Below the pieces are notes generated by a model. That model searched no databases and was not told the origin of the DNA. It worked only from the letters and a program-made list of their open reading frames with translations. From the NCBI GenBank assembly GCA_027604505.1, contig JADIIX010000037.1, positions 1 to 64,000 of the forward strand: DNA of 64,000 nucleotides, in the 5' to 3' direction. Position numbers and translations under genes: made by a program. Position 1 is the first letter of the stretch. Each line of letters opens with the position of its first letter. Of this stretch, positions 58,501 through 64,000 are shown one piece after another. Source of the stretch: Gonapodya sp. JEL0774 (lineage: Eukaryota).

Positions 58501-58607
58501 ACAGAGGCAATGCAGTCCACGAGCGCGACATCCGCAGAGACCTGCTGCAGGGGAATCGCGACGACCTCCTGCGATTTGACGTAGAGACCTGAAACTGTGC
58601 TTGTCAT
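55550..58607 (-). CDS. VIT-vWA domain protein (VWA5A-like) with an internal ubiquitin-like domain, multi-exon
   Basis: [22 protein letters not shown]...[18 protein letters not shown]. vWA MIDAS: FVIDR|SGSM, GGTE, LTDG. TSYIAV. Ub-like: VKTLTGKTI...[10 protein letters not shown] (~56245-55955). VWA5A-type tail: LQKFDGSF...WATAVA...[10 protein letters not shown]. Confidence 0.9.
55874..55946 (-). repeat. 36-bp imperfect tandem duplication in the VIT-vWA-Ub linker
   Basis: Encodes [12 protein letters not shown] / [12 protein letters not shown] shortly after LRGG. Confidence 0.75.
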
Positions 58608-58796
58608 TGAATTAAATTCTGAAGGAAGACGATGGCCTCAGCAATCGAACAAGACAATCCCCAACAGTTCAGCCGCTCAATGCCTTGCACACAGTAATAT
58701 CGGCAATGTGTGGAAAACTCTGCAAAGCAAATTTCATCGACTTATACAAAAGCAAGCGATTCCAATCCCTCCCGTTGAAATAAAGCTCTGTTTGTT

Positions 58797-60219
58797 CTAA
58801 TTCTTCACTTCGATCTCGACCCAAACCTCGACCCCATCGCCCTGCGCTCCAGTTCCTACAGCCCAAAACGCCTGTGTTCCCTCCACATTCCACTGCGCCG
58901 CAAGACCGCCCGCCTGGACCACCTTGGTGAGTGTAGCGCGGACCTTGCTCACTTCGTGGGCGAAACGGCGGGGACACAGTGGTGCACCGGCGGGGATGGG
59001 CAGGTGGAGGGAGGCAAGAAGCGTGGCAGGGCGATCGACGACTTGAAGAGAGGAGGTTGTCGGTAACGGGGCAGATACCGTGTCGAGGGGGAACACGACA
59101 TGGGATGGAGCGGTCGCGCTCGGGAAGGAAACCATCAGAGGGCGAAGCTGTGGGGTAAGGGAAATCCGATGAGAGTGGGTCGACGAGGAACTGTTAGCTC
59201 CTATAATTGTACTCACCACTGAAACCTCTTCGTTCTTCGAGTTTTCGCCGGCAGCATAGGCCACTTGAGGTGCGGTCAACAAGCTCGCCTCGGGCACCTT
59301 GTCCAGGGCCACAACTTCAAGTTCCGAGTGTGCCGGGTACTTGCGCAACTCGACCTGGATATCACCGTCAACGACGACACCAAACACGATGTGAGGAAGC
59401 TCAAGGGGCCCTGGCGCTGGCGATTCAAACATCGGCCTGGGCCGCCCAAAATGAGGTGGAAGTCCGTTGGGGTACGAGTGCACATGACCATTGTTGTGGT
59501 GGGCAGGCTCCAATTCCACCGGGCCCGCAACAGCGGTGCTTGTGCTGGCGGGGCTGTGCATATTGTTGTGGTCGTGGTGGTGGAATCTGCCATCGGTGTT
59601 GTGAAGGAACCTTTCGACACCTCTCGCATCGAACACGCTCCAAATTTGCAGCACTGTCTGAGCGATAGTGCAGAAGAGGACGTAGAAGAGCATGGTGAAA
59701 GCGAAAGCGCGGAACACGCGCACAGTTAGCTGAAGTGCGATAGAGCACGGGGACATCTCGACATCCTTGTCTGAATCCTCATCATCACAGTCAGAGAATT
59801 GGTCGTTCGCTTCGGCGGCGCTGACATCCTCCGAATAGGCAGGTGGGGTAACTGGGACCTTGACGTCGGTTCCAGCCCAGGCGCCAGGTGTCCACTGGGG
59901 GTCATACGCGGGTGGCCCAGTGGGAGGAGCAAGAGGTTCGGCAATCGCACGAGTAACGTCTTTCTGGAGGAGAACTGGGCGCTGCAAAATAGTTTTGGAA
60001 GATTATTTGTTTGGGAGTGGAAGAAAGAATGAAGATACAAAGGATCCGGGATTGGAGTGCAACTGCATATTTGGAACGTACCGCAGACAGGTCAACTTCA
60101 TCATTTTCCGTGTGCTTCGATGACTCTTCCTCCACCATCTTTTCCACCACCAAAGCCTCCTCTGCGTCAAGAAGGTCCGGCTTAGATTGTCCGTCACTCA
60201 AGGTAATGTCGGGCTCCAT
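58797..60219 (-). CDS. Hypothetical single-pass membrane protein
   Basis: 396-aa frame with PPAY motifs, hydrophobic segment AFAFTMLFYVLFCTIAQTVL and a His-rich stretch. Upstream exon begins MEPDITL. Confidence 0.65.
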
Positions 60220-60857
60220 CTTAAGGACGGGGGAGCTCTGCTGCGACCCAGGCGAGGGCGATTGTGCAGAGGGACGAAGATCGACGCAGGAAATGTAAGC
60301 AAGCGCAGTGCTTTCTTGGCAAAGAAATACAGAGCACGAAGGACACCAGAAATACGAACCCAAAACAGGCAGCGGGTTTTGTTCCTGTCGACACAGATGA
60401 AGGTCACGAGATCGACTCACTGGTGGCCCCCCACAGCCACTGCGACCACAGTGTGCATATACAGGAAAACATTACACATTTTTGAATTTTTTGATTTCGC
60501 GGTTCCCAAAAAGCGAATTCGAGAAATGCTTTTTTGAGGTGGAAATTGATGGTGGAGAAAGGAAGGGCAGTTGACGTGTCGTATTAAAACCCACATGAAA
60601 GGGACAATTACGCATAAACTGAGACTCCGCCTGTTTCACAACTATTTGAGACAGCAACAACTTCAATGTCTTCAATGTCTTGAAGAAAACGTCGGTGCAT
60701 GGTAATAGATGCACGACCGTAAGGAACAAAATAAAGCAGTGTTCGTGGACAACCCCAAGCTCCGCCAGCGGTGCCCATATCCACGCTCCAAAAAGAAAGT
60801 CCAACCTCTCCCACCGTCCTGTGCAAGTGCATGTGCTTCTACTCCCACCACCCCACT

Positions 60858-61382
60858 CTAATCGAGGTTGTAGCCCATCATATCGTCCCAAGCTGCCGGG
60901 TCCGAGAACCATTGAGTTGCCATCGCTCCACCACCTCCAACCATGACTGGCGCTTGAGGGTTGGGATCAAGTCCACCACTTCCGCCTGCAAGCGAGCAAG
61001 GTTTCATTAGTCCACGTTAGGATGAAGGGGAAGAACCAAGAACTCACCAGTGCTGGTAGGCGTGGGAGTTGATGATGCCATCGATCCAGCTGCCGAACTG
61101 CTGCTCGTCCCCTCTGCAACGATTGCCTGTTGGTTCACCGAGGCAGCGGCCATGTCCGCCATCTTCTTGTTGTTGAGGACAACCCCCACCGCTGCTCCAA
61201 CACCACCCAGGATCAAAATGCCGACAGCAATGCCAATATAGAGCTTCGTGCGGCGTGGGCGCTCCTCCGGCTCGGATTGAGCGTATTTCTCGCGGTCACC
61301 GTACGGGACGACGGACACTCCACGCGGAACGTCGAGCGTGGTCTGCATCCAGGGCGCGTTGAGATTGCGACGGTCGGACATG
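60858..61382 (-). CDS. Small type II membrane protein, 2 exons (possibly truncated)
   Basis: RRTKLYIGIAVGILILGGVGAAVGVVL transmembrane segment and a Ser/Thr stalk, then intron ~60983-61047 and short exon GLDPNPQAP...YNLD*. Confidence 0.5.
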
Positions 61383-62279
61383 GAAGACATTTTTTCGAGT
61401 GTGAGCAATGGTTTCTGTGGGAATGAAGGAATACCTTGTGGAGAACAAAGGGGTCACCAAAACGGCGATTTTGAGATCAGGGGTGCACGGCGCCCATGAT
61501 CTGCAGCCTCACCGCAGAAGCACCACAACTCATGGAAATATTTAGGAGAACAGGCTGTTTCACAGAATAACTGTCAAAGCAATTTTGTGTGTTCAGTATA
61601 AAGTCGTGGTGTCACCTCTCGGGACTTTCAGAAAAGGTCGAGATTGCGGGAGTGAATCAACCACAAAAGTGCGAACAACCGTATTTCAAATTGAAAATCA
61701 TATAGCACTAATCACATTTGAGTAGGTAACGTCTCCTATCATAGAATACTATATTCTGCACTAGAAATCAATTTACCTCGAACATCAAGGTTGCAGTGAA
61801 GCGTTGAAGCAGCCTCTGCAGCGTCAGCAACGTAGTCTTCACGTTCAAATCATCCTTAACCTCCTTCCCGCTTGACTCAAATTGGACTTGCGGCTTGGAC
61901 CACCAGCCCCCGCGCGAACACACGCGCCCCATGCAGCACTCAAGCCAGCCTCCACGGCGAAGCCTAGTGTTTTGGTTTTGAACCACCCCCTCAGATTGAC
62001 CAGACAACTAAACCATAGTATGCAAGCTGGGAGCCACTGGAACCACGCGTTCGGTCTCTCATCCCATATCTGTTCATGCTTGAAAGTTTGCAGCAGTATC
62101 TAGGGGAACAGACTGGAAGATTGCAAAGTACTCTTTCTCATAAGTATAAGAATATTTAAATCTCAGCATTGTCATGCTTTTCAAAAGATATTATTGTTGG
62201 TCGTACTTGGGTTCATGTCCAAAGTATTCTGCAAGGCTTCAAGAACCAATTTACGAGGTCCACGATTCTTAGTCGCTGC

Positions 62280-64000
62280 ATGTCTCCGGAACCTGGTGAC
62301 GCGGGCCTGGGAGAACTGGTGGAGGCGATCGAAGAGAATGAAGATTCGAGTGATGGAGCAACCAGCGACATCGCGGCGGTATCAACAGGATCGGCTGGAC
62401 AACCAGTCACTCAGACGGAACCAGAAGCTTCCGCTTCTGATTCATCGGCGGCGAATCCTGTTCCGCCGTCTGTCCCGACCAACATCCCGCTTCATATGCC
62501 ACCCCACCCGTGGCTCGCTCTCGTGCCTCCCTTGAAACGACCTGCGGTGTTCATTACTGGATCGACACTCACGGGAAAGAACCAAGTAGCGAACGCTCTG
62601 GGGGCGAGATTGGGTGCCGTGGTCGCTACTCGTGACAGGCTGCAGAGAGCCATCGGGTTCGAATGCGAGCGAATCAGAAGAGACGCCAGGATCGAGGAAG
62701 CGAGGCGAATGGAGGAAGCGAAACTCCTTGCACGCAAGAATAATCTGCCCGCGACGGGTGACGGTGGACAGGAAGAGTCGGGAGAAGCCGGTAAAGAAGA
62801 GGATGGCGAAAAGGCAGGGCACACAGACTCGCCCGACGGTTCGCAGAATCCACAGGACGATTTAGATGCGTCGCAACTAGTACCTGCTCCTCCCACGGAA
62901 CCACCTCTTCCTCCTCTCCCCTTTCCACCACCGCCGTCTTTGGTGTCTTTCCCACACCTCTCTATATCCTCTCTCGCTCGCTCTATCCTCGCTTCTGCTC
63001 CACCCGATGCACCTTCATTTATCACGAATCCACCTACTCTTTCTCATGACCTTTTCCGGGAGTGGGCTGATGCCGTGTGTGCCTCTAGAGATGCGACAGA
63101 CCGGGGTCTCGTAGTGGATTTGGGTGAAATAGTAACCGGAGATCAACTTCCGTCAGCGAACAAACGGGAGGTAGCGTCTGTATCACAAATGACGGCCATT
63201 GAAGCACCGCCATTGGACAGTTCCACCACCACACCATCTCTACCAGTCCAAGCTCTGATGCCCATCTCTTCTTCAACGGAAGACCATCATTCCCAACTCC
63301 CGTTCCTACCACCCACACTCACCCCTTTCCTCCTCCACCTTCACCCACCGTCACTCTCATCTACTTCGCCCAGAGTCACTTACCTCGATCCAATCACGGG
63401 CACGACATATCCCCACTCCCTCGTCTCCGCAACCCAAGCGCACTACTGTCGTCTTGATGCTGAGCATGACGCAGTGGGGCGTGACGATGGTGACGGTGTT
63501 GCAGGGGACGTCGAAGCTGTGGAAGAAGCAGGTACTGGAAGGGTCAAGAAAGCTCGAGGTGGCGATGATGGTGAAGGTGGGAATGAAGAGAATGATACAA
63601 TACCAGGAGAGAATGAAGAAATCGCGGAGGAGGAATGGGAAGACGATGCTGCCAGCGTATTGGGCGACAGGACTGTGTACGTGGCGTTAACGCAGGTTCG
63701 CTCATCTGCAACACACGGAGATGACTCCGACGAGCAGCAACCAACCGAAGACACGGAGCGGACTGACCCGGATCCTGACTCGGGAGAGACGGCCTCCGGA
63801 TTAGGAGGCGGCCGCGGATTAGGAGACGCGGTGGACGTGAATGACCCAACCCTTCAGGTCCCTACGAAGAGAACAAACAGATTCGGTGTAGGTGGAATGT
63901 GGAAGGCGCTTGGGAGGGATGTAGTGGAGAGGTGAGTTGCGTTGAGTGAAGGGGGGGTTTGTGGGTCTGTGAATCGTGCGTCTGTATGAGGGAAGTAGTG
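62280..64000 (+). CDS. Adenylate-kinase-like P-loop protein with low-complexity inserts (5' part; runs off the window)
   Basis: VFITGSTLTGKNQVANALGARLG (AK-type P-loop), GLVVD, lid-like YLDPITGTTYP. Donor gtgagt at ~63932. Confidence 0.5.

Overview
This is intron-rich eukaryotic DNA with short GT-AG introns, most likely from an early-diverging flagellated fungus (chytrid or monoblepharid, Gonapodya-like). That assignment is inferred from fungal-type housekeeping genes, cilia-associated genes and selenocysteine use. The first ~12.8 kb is decayed: Ty3/Gypsy remnants plus kinase, nuclease-like and F-box pseudogenes. From 12.9 kb on it is gene-dense: MDR reductase, LTV1, a Kv channel, selenoprotein U, a coiled-coil protein, SAGA Ada1/Hfi1, phytochelatin synthase, SMC3, TBP, NOP56, CCDC81-like, OGG1, C22orf15/CXorf65-like, an Fe-type SOD, a VIT-vWA-ubiquitin fusion and several hypothetical genes. 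The main finding is a 5-exon SelenoU/PRXL2A gene whose redox motif reads RRPG-TGA-SLC (UxxC), with a SECIS-like hairpin in its 3' UTR; the ORF track misses it. Also notable are an intron-containing bacterial-type FeSOD and a VIT-vWA protein with an internal ubiquitin/NEDD8-like domain ending in LRGG, which lies in a sharply CpG-depleted block. Multi-exon gene boundaries were read by eye and are approximate.
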